A DNA stretch of 63,289 nt, the filler included, from Hyphochytrium catenoides (taxonomy: Eukaryota; Protista; Hyphochytriomycota): assembly GCA_900088475.1 (NCBI GenBank). It is 11 parts of 11 records of this genome, joined end to end, with 100 filler letters (N's around TTAATTAATTAA, not from the genome) between each part and the next. Parts side by side here need not be neighbours in the genome. Positions count along the whole stretch, not along the records: positions 39,255 to 40,868 come from FLMG01002096.1; positions 40,969 to 48,224 come from FLMG01000058.1; positions 48,325 to 55,261 come from FLMG01003125.1; 8 more parts are not named here. One strand, given 5' to 3'. A program made the position numbers and the translations under genes. The notes beneath the pieces were generated by a model. That model saw only the letters and a program-made list of their open reading frames with translations. It was not told the DNA's origin and searched no databases. Shown piece by piece: positions 39,155 through 51,466 of the stretch; positions within the stretch are counted from its first letter, which is position 1; each line of letters starts with the position of its first letter.

Positions 39155-40238
39155 NNNNNNNNNNNNNNNNNNNNNNNNNNNNNNNNNNNNNNNNNNNNTT
39201 AATTAATTAANNNNNNNNNNNNNNNNNNNNNNNNNNNNNNNNNNNNNNNNNNNNATCTGTGACAAAATGGACAGAGGGAGCGAACAGACAGAGAGAGAAA
39301 AGGAGAGTGAGAAAAGGAGAGAGAACGTGAGAGAAATGGAAAGAGAGGGCCACAGCCTAGGGAGGAGAAGATGGAGGCCATCCCTGTTCAGATGCCTGCC
39401 AAATAGTGGACGCAGCGGGGCAGCCGAAGAGAGAGACAGCAGAATGACACAGAGAAGGCTGACAAGCGCCTTCTGTTTCAGATACTGAGAAAGCTCCGTC
39501 CCGGCCTATTGGGAGAAGCTCCCGACTATAGCATAATAGAGAAACGTCCCGGTCTTACCCTGGTGCACAGGTTGCGCTATTGGAGCCGCTGGCGGAGGCA
39601 TTGACAGTATGAGCCCTGTAGATGCTTTTCAAATTCCTTGGAGCCCACTTCTTCGCTTGAACTTGAGCTCTGTCTCTTCGTCTTAAGGACTTTGGTTCAA
39701 ACGCCACCGCTAGAGTTCGTCATCAAGGTCTAAACGCGCTAGAAGAGCAGTGGCAAGACAACAGAGAAGCGGGAGAGCGTAGCACAGTCGCTCTATGAGG
39801 AACAAGACCCAGCAGTTAGAGAGGCAGAGAGAGAGAGAGAGAGAGCGCGAGACAGAGAGAGAAAGAGAAAGAGAAAGAGAAGACGAGTTGCCGCTGCCGA
39901 TTGCGCAGACGAAGCTCTTGTTCCTCTGTCTCCTCAGCCATTCCTCTGCTCTAGGGCTTTAAGATTCTCAAAAAAGAAAGAATCAGTTATGTAATAGAAT
40001 TATTATTTTATAGGTTTTCTATAAAACAAATAAAAACTCTGAACCATCTAAATGGTTGACTTGTCTAGACTTTGATCCGAGTTAATTCCTAAATAATGTG
40101 TCTATGACTCACGTCAATAAACCGCCCATTCTGTACCTTTAATGCACCTTCTCGTGGGGATGATGGGTGATCAGAAGCCATCAACTTTCCGTCTCTTCAA
40201 CCATCTTCGGCCCTATAGAAAGCCCTTACAGATAGAGA

Positions 40239-40290
<52 letters not shown>

Positions 40291-40467
40291 AGGAGAGGAT
40301 GGCAGAGAGATAGGGACATACAGAGGAGAGAAAAGAGCTACCAAGAGGAGACTGAAACGGCGACACGGCGACAGGGCAAGAGCTAGGACTTCTCGGCGCA
40401 GGGAGACCAAGATTGTGACCTCTGACACGGCAGCTTGCCCCAAGAAACTTTCCAAACGTCAAGCACC

Positions 40468-40809
40468 ATGCAAAGCCTCCGGCTGCTCTCCTCTTTGAGC
40501 CGAAAGAGACGTCTGCTGCCATCCTCATCCTATAGACAACTACCTTTCTCTTCTCTATCAGGAAGAGAGCCATGGCAAAGAGAGAGAGACCTTACTGGAA
40601 GCAAGAAGAGAGTTGTGGTGGGCCTTTCAGGAGGCGTAGACTCCTCCGTGGCCGCTCTTCTGCTCCTCCGCGCGGGTTACGAGGTCGTGGGGCTGCATAT
40701 GAGGAGTTGGGATCGAGGAGACGAGTTGGGAGAGAGTGTTTGCACGGCAGACGAAGAGTTCGGAGAGGTTCAAGAGATATGCAAAGTGCTAGGAATTGAG
40801 TGTCACAAG
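40468..40809 (+). CDS. TRMU: Mitochondrial tRNA 2-thiouridylase MnmA/TRMU, first exon
   Basis: R/S/L-rich presequence, then KKRVVVGLSGGVDSSVAALLL...GYEVVGLHMRSWD...C; PP-loop SGGVDS; GT donor at 40810. Confidence 0.92.
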
Positions 40810-41199
40810 GTGAGAGACAGAGTCGAAAGAAAGAGGTACCAGGAGCATCAGAATTAGAAAAGAAGAGANNNNNNNNNNNNNNNNNNNNNNNNNNNNNNNN
40901 NNNNNNNNNNNNTTAATTAATTAANNNNNNNNNNNNNNNNNNNNNNNNNNNNNNNNNNNNNNNNNNNNTCTTGAGTCTGGAGTGTCAACTCCTAGACTAA
41001 GCAAGCACTTTGCCCTTGCCATAGTGTGGGCGTAGAACGAGGAGGCCTGTCCTTTAGCATGAGAAACGGCAGCCGATTTCTGGAGGTTTCTTCTCTGGAC
41101 GGCGTCTACAAGAGAGACTATACGGTCTCCATCGAAGACCCAAAACAACCTCAAGAAGTGCAGGTTTAGGACTACTCGGCCCAATAGAACGCCCGCCAA

Positions 41200-41530
41200 C
41201 CCTTCCCTATATTTAACTACGCTTCAATGATCGGTGGGCACTTCAAGGCCGACAGCTGTTCTCGCGATGCCTGGAAGTGTAGCGCTTTCCCACTCAAGTC
41301 TTATGAAGGCGAGAGGAATGACTCGTTCCGCTGTTGTGTGGATCGCTGCGGCCCCTAAAAGACCGCATACGATATCTAGCCGCCCATTGTTCCCCAATGC
41401 AAAGATAGCGCTGGGGAAGCACAAGAAAAGATAGGCTGTCAGAGGTACATTTGGCGACAACAGTGTTAAAGGTTTCCTCGAACGACAATCACTTCTACCG
41501 TCCTTTTATGAAGTGGTCATCGTCAATCAT
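41200..41530 (-). mobile_element. Possible decayed MULE/Mutator-type transposase fragment
   Basis: Broken frames YL..GEQWAARYRMRSF / AIHTTA resemble the MULE 'WAxxY...F..G..TT.R.ES' region; heavily degenerate. Confidence 0.25.
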
Positions 41531-44500
41531 GAGCAGAGCAGCCAAGAACTGGACCGACCGCGGCGTCTAGTTCTACGAACACCGGCTGGGAGGAGTCACC
41601 TAGTGTCGTGCAGGTTTCCAAAATGTGAATGATCTCGCTCTCGCTCTCGAGCAAGAGCGGCGCGGCGCGCGGCGGCGACGGCGCAGGGCCAGCAATAACC
41701 CCTGGTTTTGAAAAGCGATCATCCCAAAAACTAGTCGTTAGTTTTTGAAATAAATATTTTTATTGTGAGATTCTGGGTTTGGGTTTCATCTTTTGGGTTG
41801 GGTCAGACCTGACANNNNNNNNNNNNNNNNNNNNNNNNNNNNNNNNNNNNNNNNNNNNNNNNNNNNNNNNNNNNNNNNNTCTACTACTGGCACGACCAAG
41901 GGAGGATAGGCGATAAAGTCATCCTTCCTCGGAGGAGGAGGTGCCGCCAGGCGCAACTCACAACATAGATCTATACAACATAGGGAGCTTACCTTCATTT
42001 TATTCCACTAGTACATGGTCTCCCCTGTAGTTCTAAAGCCCATAGAAGTAGAACTAGTTCCTACTACTATAGAAGGCTTATTCGATCATCTGGGAAAGGT
42101 TCCCTCTACCACAGTTAGGAGAGAGCTTTAACCGCCTAGCAGTCTGAGAATACATTACGATTGGTAGGACTTAAAGGCCTTCGTGTCAAAACCGATCCAT
42201 CGTATTACTAACTTAGGAATCTTCCCAGATAAACTCCTCTAATGTACCGCAATGAGAGTCTATAACACCCTCACAAAAGCAGATTATTACGAGGCTATCA
42301 CAAGTCAACGTCCTTTCAATGGGCGGCGAGATTGACCTTGAGAGAGAATTGCGGCAGCTTCTTCTTCATTTTCACTTTCTCTGGAGCCTCGGAACTCTAT
42401 AACTCTATTAGAGGTAGGTCTACCATCACGGATCACGGGCCACGGAGCACACACATCGCGCCGACTGCTCTTTAGCATGAGCCTACGTTCTATGTTAAGG
42501 CTGCACAGCAGATGGATTTCNNNNNNNNNNNNNNNNNNNNNNNNNNNNNNNNNNGCATTTGCAGAACTGCTAGCAGTTTAGCTACAGGAAACAAGTTTGC
42601 TTCTATTAGATGCAGCATAGCTGGAGGAGGTCGTTGAAAGAATTGTATAATAGAAGGCAAACAGGTCAGGCTGCTGAAGGAAGGAGGCAATAGAAAAACG
42701 GATATGTGTTAGCCAGGTTACCTTTCATGGACCTGCGTAAACGCAATGATGGATTTTATACCAGTGCCTCCTAAAACTGGCGCTAGATGAGCTTCCAAAG
42801 CAGCCTTTGTCCTCTCGCGTCTTCTTTTTCTGACGATCATTCTCCTGGCTATAATGGCGTTCGTTTTGGGGCGTCCGTACCCCACTACTTAACTCTGCCT
42901 CTGGTGATTTCTTCCTTCAAGCATTGAGATTATGCTGTCCTATATTGCAGGCACAGTTTTGATCAAATTGTCATGGTCGCAATTTCTACCCTTGTCGACT
43001 GATCCAGATGCGAACATCAAGGATTGCATTAGGATGAAGCGCATTAGAAGGGTAATCGCCAAGAGCAAGCGCAGCAGCTAAAGGGGCAAGCCGCTTGATC
43101 AAAGCGTTTAGCCGTAAGAGAGTCGAGATCCATGGGATGCTGGGAGCTCTGCGAGCTGCTGCTGAGAGAAGGTAGAAACTTACGACGCGGGGGTTACGCG
43201 AGCAACAAACTCTCTTGGTACTGAAATGGCTACAACCTCGCAGCCAAGCAAGAAGAAAGAAGAGGTGTTAACAGCAAACTCTGTGCAAAGAAAAAGAGTT
43301 TTCTACGAGGTGAAGAAGAGGCAGAGAGTTCCCTGGACTTGGCGCCCTGTCTGCTGGTAGGGCCAGTCGCAGCCATAGTAGTCTGACGTGTGACCTGTGC
43401 TAAGTAACGAAGGCCCTGTATAATACTGGAGTAGTCGATAATTATAAGTAGACTTTTTTAACTCCTTTGACTGCATTTTTCTCACCGAAAGTTTTGAGAA
43501 GTACCTCATCATAAAGAGTCATATGTTTCCTGACAATAAGGCTTCGAAGCCCCTCATAAAACGCTCATTTTTTGACTATCGTATCTCATATAGTACTTTG
43601 TTGACCCTCAGAATGACCTACGTACAGAGTTTTGCACTCCCATGCCATCAGTAAAGCCCGTGTCAAGTGCAGGAAGGTACTCAGATTCTACATTCGTGGT
43701 GCTCACTCGATACTAAAAAGGTACGCAAACGATACTCACTTGCTACTCAGAACCCGCTTACAGTTCCCTTGGGGGTTTTGAGTAGGTTTTCGCAATTTCT
43801 GAGTGGAGTCACCCGTTTATAGTGTCATCTATATTATGTTGTTATTCAGGAGCACGCTTGGTTGCGGCATCAGCAACAGACTTTGACATAGACTTTCTTC
43901 TATCTCCTCCGACGGCTCTCTGTTCTACTACTTGAGGCTTGTTCAGCAAGCTACGCACGATGATCACATACGTAAGAGGAGCGAGGTCTAGTCAGAGCAA
44001 AGAAGGCTAAACGCAGGGCAGCATAGAACAACGAGAGTGATGTGCTTGGCGGGCGGTCTGGATCGGACATAACGCTAGGTGTTTCTGCCAATCATCATCA
44101 GCTGGGTAAGCCTATAACTTATAGATAGAGAACACTTCGATAGAGAACACTTTGAAGCAGGAGGTAAGAAGAAGGTGCAGAGTGTCTATTTGTCTATTAT
44201 AGAGGAGGCAGAGATTAGGAACAGAAGATGCCCTGCTGCTTAGTATGGAAAGCAGTGATCAGCGGTGGATATTATAGTCCACGATAGGGCAACTAAGTAA
44301 GGCGCGAATCAGGACGGACGACGAAAGGATAAAAGCTTGCGAGACGAAGGAAAACCACGCTCGCTCAGAGGAGGGAGAATAAGAGAAAGACCGTTGTTCT
44401 GTGTGTCTGTGCCCGCGAGAGAGTATCAGGATATTGGTGACGACGTGGTGACAATAGCCGCCTCTAACAAGACGAATTGATGAGCATCGCGGCGCTAGAG

Positions 44501-46238
44501 AGAGAAATGAATGCTGTTGCCTATGCTTCCCCTCGCTCAACATTGTTATTTTTGTTATCGCCAGTGCTCTCGTCTGAGAGTGAGCACTGTGTGTGTGTCG
44601 CTTGAGGACTGAGGCGTCGCAGTAGCAGCAGCCGCGGCATAACGGAGGACGAGAGGAGTTACCGCTCTTGTAAGCGAGAGTAGTAGTGGCTCCTCCTCCT
44701 GGATGATCCCAACAAGGGCTTGGCTGATATTGAGCCTCTCGATCCGGCTACAAGGCTCGCTATGAATATGTCGAGGCACTCACCAGATAGGCGAAAACCC
44801 GTCTTTAGAAAGTGTGCAATTGGTCTCCTGTTTTACTCTAGCAACTAACTCGAAAGCACCCGCCACGCCAATGCAGCCGGAGAGAACACGAAGGAGACAA
44901 AAGTGCTACTGCCGAAGCTTTTCGATGCGAGCGACAGTGCAGGTGATATCCCAGCAGTAGAGCTTTACTACGTAAGCGGCAGAAGGTGATACACTGAGCG
45001 ACGAGGAGCCTGCTTCTCAGTCGCAAATGTTTTGCCAGATGGCCGCCTTCAATATGTATGATGAGGAATCCTGCGGCCCAGGAAAGCCATTGACTTACGA
45101 GTAGCTTCTTATCGTCCCTCCCCTTTATCCCCTCATGACGGATGCCGGAGCTGTCTGAGCAGCTAATAAGAACGGACTGATGCGCGGTTTAACGGACCAA
45201 AGGGCGAGGCATACCACTTCTTGGAGGTGCGAAACACATCCCTACAGCGCTGAGAAGAGCTATCTCTAGGTACTATGAAAGGTGCAAAGGAGGCAGAACA
45301 CATCCTCCTGACATGCGCAGTCTTCCTATTCTATGAGATTATTTACCATCCATCCGTTCATTAACAACAATGGACGATTGTGTTGACTACTCCTTTCCTG
45401 TGCACTGCTCCGGAAGCAGATGTGTCCCTTTCCCTGTCTCACTTTCGTCTGGTCAAACACGTGCCGGGAAGCACTACCTGAGGACGATCCTTTCCGCTCG
45501 GCAGCGTTAGGCTAAAGAAGACATGCTTTGGTCGGCCATGAAGTGATAATCTCTGCTACAGACAGAGGCTGACAGAAGATATCCATTCAAACAGAAGCAC
45601 TTTCAGTGCGCCACTGCCGCGAGCTCATCCTTCTTAGTATGATCTCAGGCTCTAATCAATTGAGCGTTTATTGCGGCGGTTTTAAGGCCTCTGGCAGCCC
45701 GGGTGGGGGAGCTATAGGGTGACTTCTCGAGGCGCTGCATGGGCTAGTCAATCATCATCACTCACAACCTCATAATAGACCTCTCCTGTTACAGCTGTTG
45801 TTGAAGTGCTGAAGACACGTAGGATCCTCTCACGCTTTACAGGTCTTCCGCTGACTGCTGTTTGGCGTTCATTATCCAGCCTGCTGGCAGGCAAGCAGGC
45901 AGGCGCCTGGGAGCTCCGCTTCAGAGACGATCTCTGTCTGGTGGAGGCGCCGCACAATCATCAGAATCACCAAAATCTTTCTTTCCTTTCTTCTCGTTTT
46001 AGCTAGTGTGACAGAGCCAAAGATATTCTGGAATAAGCATGGATATCACTCTAGTTCTTCGTAATGCAAGACGCCCTATTGGAAATGAAGACAGCTCTAG
46101 TGCTTTTCGCATCCCAGTCGCGATGCTGGAGCAGAATGTAGAAGAGTCATCAGAACAGAGAACTTCTGAAGCTCAACGTGAAGTTTGCGTGAGCTGCCGC
46201 ATCGTCCTTTATCCCTCGCTGTTGGTTTCATCGCTGTC

Positions 46239-47184
46239 ATGGCAACCTCCTCAGAAGACAAGCCGGTTCTCTACTCGTACTGGCGGTCGAGCTGCTCGTA
46301 CCGTGTGAGGATCGCGCTGAATCTGAAGGGGATCCAGTATGAATACCACCCGGTCCATCTTGTGAAGGATGGCGGTCAGCAACATCTCGAGGAGTTCGCA
46401 ACCATTAATCCCAGCAAGGTAACCTCAGAGACACCAATCATTGCCACAGGGGCCTCCTCAATCGCCTACGCAGCTGCATTGATGACACTTCGTTGCCACT
46501 TTCTGTTCCTTGTCCTCATCCAATTCTTATCCTGGCTGGACTGCGTGTATCTGACTTTGGGGGCTCTTTGACTCTGAAGGAGATCCCGGTACTGAAGGTT
46601 GGAGAGCACGCCCTGACACAGTCCACAGCGATCATAGAATACCTAGAAGAAGCGTATCCAGATCCACCCCTTCTTCCCAAGGATCCTTTCCAAAGAGCCC
46701 AGATTCGCCGCATCTGCGAGATCATCAGCTCAGATATCCAGCCCGTTCAGAACCTTAGAGTCCTGAAGAAGGTCCGTAGAGGAAGAGAGAGAGAGAGAGA
46801 GAGAAGAAAGAGCACCTTATGGAGGCTTGTAACATCAAATGATCTTGCGTACATTCTTACCATCTGGCATTTCCCCCATAATAGGCGCAAGAAGTGGCTG
46901 CTCCTGAGGCCAAAGACTCCATGATAGCCACCTGGGGACGGCACTGGATCACTCTCGGCTTTCAAGCACTTGAGAAGGTCCTCTCCAAGACAGCTGGGCA
47001 GTACTCTGTAGGAGACGAGCTTACAATGGCTGACTGCTTTCTCCCTGGGCAAGTCTATAACGCGCAGAGGTTCAAGGTGGACATGAGCGAGTTCCCTACT
47101 ATTGCCAGGGTCAATGAGAACCTGCTTCGCCATCCTGCCATCCAGAAAGCATCACCTGAGAAGCAGCCAGACGCAGAGGCCTGA
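46239..47184 (+). CDS. GSTZ1: Glutathione S-transferase zeta / maleylacetoacetate isomerase, complete, 3 exons
   Basis: Exons 46239-46418, 46580-46771, 46885-47184; [17 protein letters not shown] zeta signature, [32 protein letters not shown]. Confidence 0.96.
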
Positions 47185-47886
47185 TTGCGATACGACTCCT
47201 CCGCTATTCCTCTCACTTGGTTGCTTTAAGTGCTTGGGTGGACGTATGTTGGCTACATATATAGGGGGAATGGGATGGTTGGTTTGGCTATCGTGGGACT
47301 CTTCCATCCACAGCTGTGTGAGCATGCAAGAGGAGCGCTATGCGTATGTTGAAGATACTAACGACATTATAGGCGTCTGAACTTGTCCACCACCCAGGAT
47401 GGTGTGACAAGAGCCCCCCAATAAACTGACCACAAGTTTCTCCTCACTCTCTGACAAGGGCTGTCATTAAATTCACTCGGAGGTCTATCCTTCATACTCC
47501 TGGATGGTGCCAGGTGACGAATGAGATACGCAAGGGAAAGGGCCTCAGGGATGATTTTGACATCTTAGCCACAGTATTCTATTCCCATAGGCACTCCCTG
47601 GTCTGAATGCATCAATAAGGGAGAAGAGCTGAAGCGGGAGGAAAGAGATGCAAGAGGTAGGCATTGTGCTTGGAGGGTCTGTCCAAACCAAAAGCAAGAG
47701 TGCATGGCGTCGCGGTCGGATCCTTCGATTAACTTTGCGTTCCTTCAGTGGGCGGACCTGACAAGCAACTGGAACTTAACTTATCTTATAAAAAAGAACT
47801 CCTCCTGCTCTTTATGCAATGGAGAGCACACCGCCTTGGGAAGAGAGAGATACCCGCAGCGCTCGAAGTACTCAGCCGACCAAGGC

Positions 47887-48074
47887 GTGCATCAAGAACG
47901 GGCCAACATCATGCGGCAGTGCCATCTCGTCCTCTTATCAGCGACGGGCGATGGGCCAGCCAGCAGCATGATGGGTAAGAAGTCGGCTGTGCATCAAGAA
48001 CGGGCCAACATCATGCGGCAGTGCTATCTTGTCCTCTTATCAGCGATGGGCCAGCCAGCAGCATGATGGGTAAG
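47887..48074. repeat. Direct duplication of about 90 bp
   Basis: 47887-47979 and 47989-48074 both read GTGCATCAAGAACGGGCCAACATCATGCGGCAGTG...CATGATGGGTAAG; two substitutions and a 7-bp indel. Confidence 0.93.
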
Positions 48075-48324
48075 GTAAGATGAAGGCACGAGCAGAACGG
48101 CAGGAGACAGGCGAGAGAGAGCATCGACCACTTTATAAGCGCTCTACTTGGCATCAGAACCTCAGCGTCCCATTCTTTTCAGTTGATGAAACTATCCTTT
48201 GCCAATATAATACAGGGTAAATGANNNNNNNNNNNNNNNNNNNNNNNNNNNNNNNNNNNNNNNNNNNNTTAATTAATTAANNNNNNNNNNNNNNNNNNNN
48301 NNNNNNNNNNNNNNNNNNNNNNNN

Positions 48325-50752
48325 CTAGTAACGTCGGGCGAGCCCTAGGCGAAGCCTAAAGCTATTGATATACTTAGCGAGGAAGACAGCTCCCTTCCCA
48401 ACAATCCGACTCGTAAAGGGGATTTTGATCAACATATGTCCATCCAAGTGCCTCCACAACGAATACCTCGTCAAACAACTCGATACTGCTGCCCGCCCCT
48501 TGCCAACCCCTGAACCAGCAGACACAGTCTGCGATACCAACAATTCAGGTTCGATAGATCCGTGTTCACCTCCCGATGACCGTTGCGAAAACCTGCGCGT
48601 TTCCCAAGACAGTCTACAACAACCTCTTGGTGAAACCCCAGCACGAGCAACCGATTCCCCAAAACAAGTACCTACTCCCGCATTCCGCTTTTCAAACGCC
48701 GACTTCAACAAGAAGACTCTATTTTCTCCATGGCTAATCACCTTGGCAACTCCTTATCACCCAATGAACCCCGAACGATAGAGGAGGCTCTTTCTGGACC
48801 GGATGCGTTGGAGTGGAACGCCGCTATCCTCAGTGAAATGGCATCTATGGAACAACACGACGTTTGGGAACTCGTTGAACGTCCTCCAGGAGCAAACGTC
48901 ATTGGGTGTAAATGGGTGTTTCGCGTATAATATGGAAGTGATGGCACCATCGATCGCTATAAGGCACGGCTCGTTGCTCAAGGCTACAATCAGAAACCGG
49001 GGATCGATTACAACGAGGTCTTCGCTCAGTGGTCAGCTATGAGTCCGTCCGATGTATCCTCTCTTTAGCTGCGATGTATGACTTTGAGATTCATCATCTG
49101 GATATTCGAAGTGCCCCTCTCCATGGAGATCTTGAGGAGACCATATACATGCGTCAACCACCGGGATTCGCTCAACCAGGACAGGAACATCTGGTTTGTA
49201 AGCTAAAGCGCTGCATTTATGGGCTCAAACAAAGTCCTTGCCAATGGAACAAAGTATTAGACAGTTATCTTCGTGCCAACGGATTTGAACCCAGCTTGTG
49301 TGAACCTTGCGTCTACATCAACAGGTCCGGGGAGGATGGCAAGCCGACCATCGTGTCGACTCTCGTAGACGACCTGCTGATCTTCGCGCCAAGCAACAAT
49401 CGTGCGGATCAAGTTAAAGGACTTCTAAAGGACAGATTTGATGTGAAGGACTTAGGAGAACTCCAATACTTCCTAGGGGTAGAAGTCATTAGGGATCGAA
49501 AGATCGGCAAATTTACCTTCGCCAACGAAGATTTATTCAAGACCTTCTGAAGCGTTATGGCATGGAAGATTGTAACCCAATCAGCACGGCTGTTACACCT
49601 GGTGAAAAGCTACCCAAGGCAAACTCTCTCTCTACATTGACTTCTGAAGAGGAGCAATATTTACTCAAGATACCGTACAGGAATGCTGTTGGCAGTCTAA
49701 TGCATCTGATGGTAGCCTCCAGGCCGGATATAGCCTTCGCGGTACAATCGGTTAGCCAGCATATGACTAACTATAGACAGACTCACTGGACCGCTGTGAA
49801 GCGGATACTGAGATATCTGAAAGGGACTGCAGACCACCTCTTATGTCTAGGAGGAGAAGCAACCCCAGACATCATCAATCAGAGTCCAAAACTACAACTC
49901 TTGGCAGATGCAGACTGGGCGAATGATCCTATGGACAGGAAATCCATTTCAGGCTACTTTCTTACACTGGGGACTAGTGCTTTCAGTTGGAAGGCTAAGA
50001 AGCAAGACATAGTGGCTTCGTCAACCACTGAAGCTGAGTGCATCTCACTGTGGACCGGAGCCAAACATGCAGAACACATCTCTTATTTCTTACAGGAGCT
50101 TCAGTATCCGCTGAGTAGACCCATCCTCGCACATCAAGACAACAAGAGCACAATAACAGTGTGCGAGATGCCGAGACCAAGATCGAAATATATTGATGTC
50201 AAACAATGTGTGGTTAGAGATCAGGTGAATCGCAAAGTCTTGGAATTGCAACACTGTCCAACCAAGAAGATGACTGCCGACATTCTCACGAAGGCGTTAC
50301 CAGCACCTCAGTTCCGAGAACTTCTTCCCCAACTCGGGATTGTCCCGTCCACATCCGTCGTAAGACAAAGTCTACTTTCCGGGGAAGACAAGGCGGAGAC
50401 CGACGGACAGTCAGGAAGTCTGGACCTGCGGAGAGGTGTTGAGAGCAGAAGCTGACAAGAGCTCTAAATGGCTCACAGTTCCAGACTCTATCTGACAAGA
50501 GGAAGAAGGCACAAACAAAGTGTTTCAGAGTTATGATAACTAGGTTATTATCAGCAGGTAAGTCATCATATGACGTCAAGAAGTAGTAACTGGGTCTAGT
50601 AGTTTATAACGAGACACAGTTACTCTCCAGAACAACTAGACAACGTGATAACTAGGAAACAGGGGCCCATAAGCTCTTCATACTCACCTCGAGTATATCA
50701 GTAGACCACATAACCTAAATAAGAGTGTCTTCAAATCCTATATATTATAACA
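48325..50752 (+). mobile_element. Ty1/copia retrotransposon, 3' half (RT, RNase H, 3' LTR), inactivated
   Basis: EPRTIEEAL...IGCKWVFRV*...YKARLVAQG; HHLDI; CIYGLKQSP; LVDDLL; RPDIAFAV; DADWA...DRKSISG; TTEAE; ADILTKA. In-frame TAA at 48928 and frameshifts near 49027 and 49510. Confidence 0.96.
50437..50752 (+). repeat. Putative 3' LTR (316 bp) of the copia element
   Basis: Follows a short purine tract (GCGGAGAGG); begins TGTT and ends AACA; unrelated copia sequence starts immediately after. Confidence 0.75.
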
Positions 50753-51207
50753 CTTCTAGGTCCAGCGAGCGAGAGAAGGCAGCGGACAGTGTCATGCCCT
50801 ATCACTGGAGCAAAGACCTCGCTAAAGTCAATACCTTGCTTCTGTCGATTGCCAAGAGCGACTAGACGTGCCTTGTACTTGTCCACTGAGCCATCGCTAT
50901 GCAACTTGACCCTAAAGATCCCTTGACAGCCGATAAGATGAGCGCCGGGAGGTGGGGGGCACTAGATCGTAAACCTCATGGGACTGCATTGATGTAAGCT
51001 CTGAGGTAATGGCGGCTAGCCATTCTGTGTCATGAGGTCCAGAGAGTGCCTCGCGGACTGTTTTCGGTTCAGAGACATGATAACCACATCACGCCGCACA
51101 GAGATTCGCTTGGTCAGAGGATCATACAGTCGATAGCCATGGGTGCCAGAGTCATACCCTACAAAGATATACCGAGAGCTCCGCGCATCAAGCTTTTGCA
51201 GCATCGT
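50753..51207 (-). mobile_element. Internally deleted fragment of a second copia element (integrase C-terminus fused to RT N-terminus)
   Basis: KLDARSSRYIFVGYDSGTHGYRLYDP...RRDV, then EWLAAITSELTSMQSHEVYDLV/PPGAHLIGCQGIFRVK...DKYKARLVALG...FAPV. Confidence 0.9.
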
Positions 51208-51209
51208 CG

Positions 51210-51455
51210 AAGTGGAAAGTCAACCAACCAAGTAGACAAAACAAAAACTATTTTAGATATATCAACGACTTGGCCAAAAAGTGGAAAGTCAACCAACCAA
51301 GTAGACAAAACAAAAACTAATTTAGATATATCAACGACTTGGCCAAAAAGTGTCCAAACTGCCCACGACTTGGCCCAACAGTGTCCAACATATCAACGAC
51401 TTGACCAAAAAGTGTTAAGATACCAACAATCTGATCAAAAAGTGTCCAAAATTTA
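51210..51455. repeat. 69-bp tandem duplication followed by degenerate ~30-bp repeats
   Basis: AAGTGGAAAGTCAACCAACC... at 51210 and 51279; then about four AGTGTCCAA...ACGACTTG.CCAA units. Confidence 0.88.
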
Positions 51456-51466
51456 CTTTTTCCAGG

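Noticed and set aside
51210-51455. CRISPR array
   Set aside because: The repeats are contiguous and degenerate with no unique spacers; the context is eukaryotic TE sequence with no cas genes
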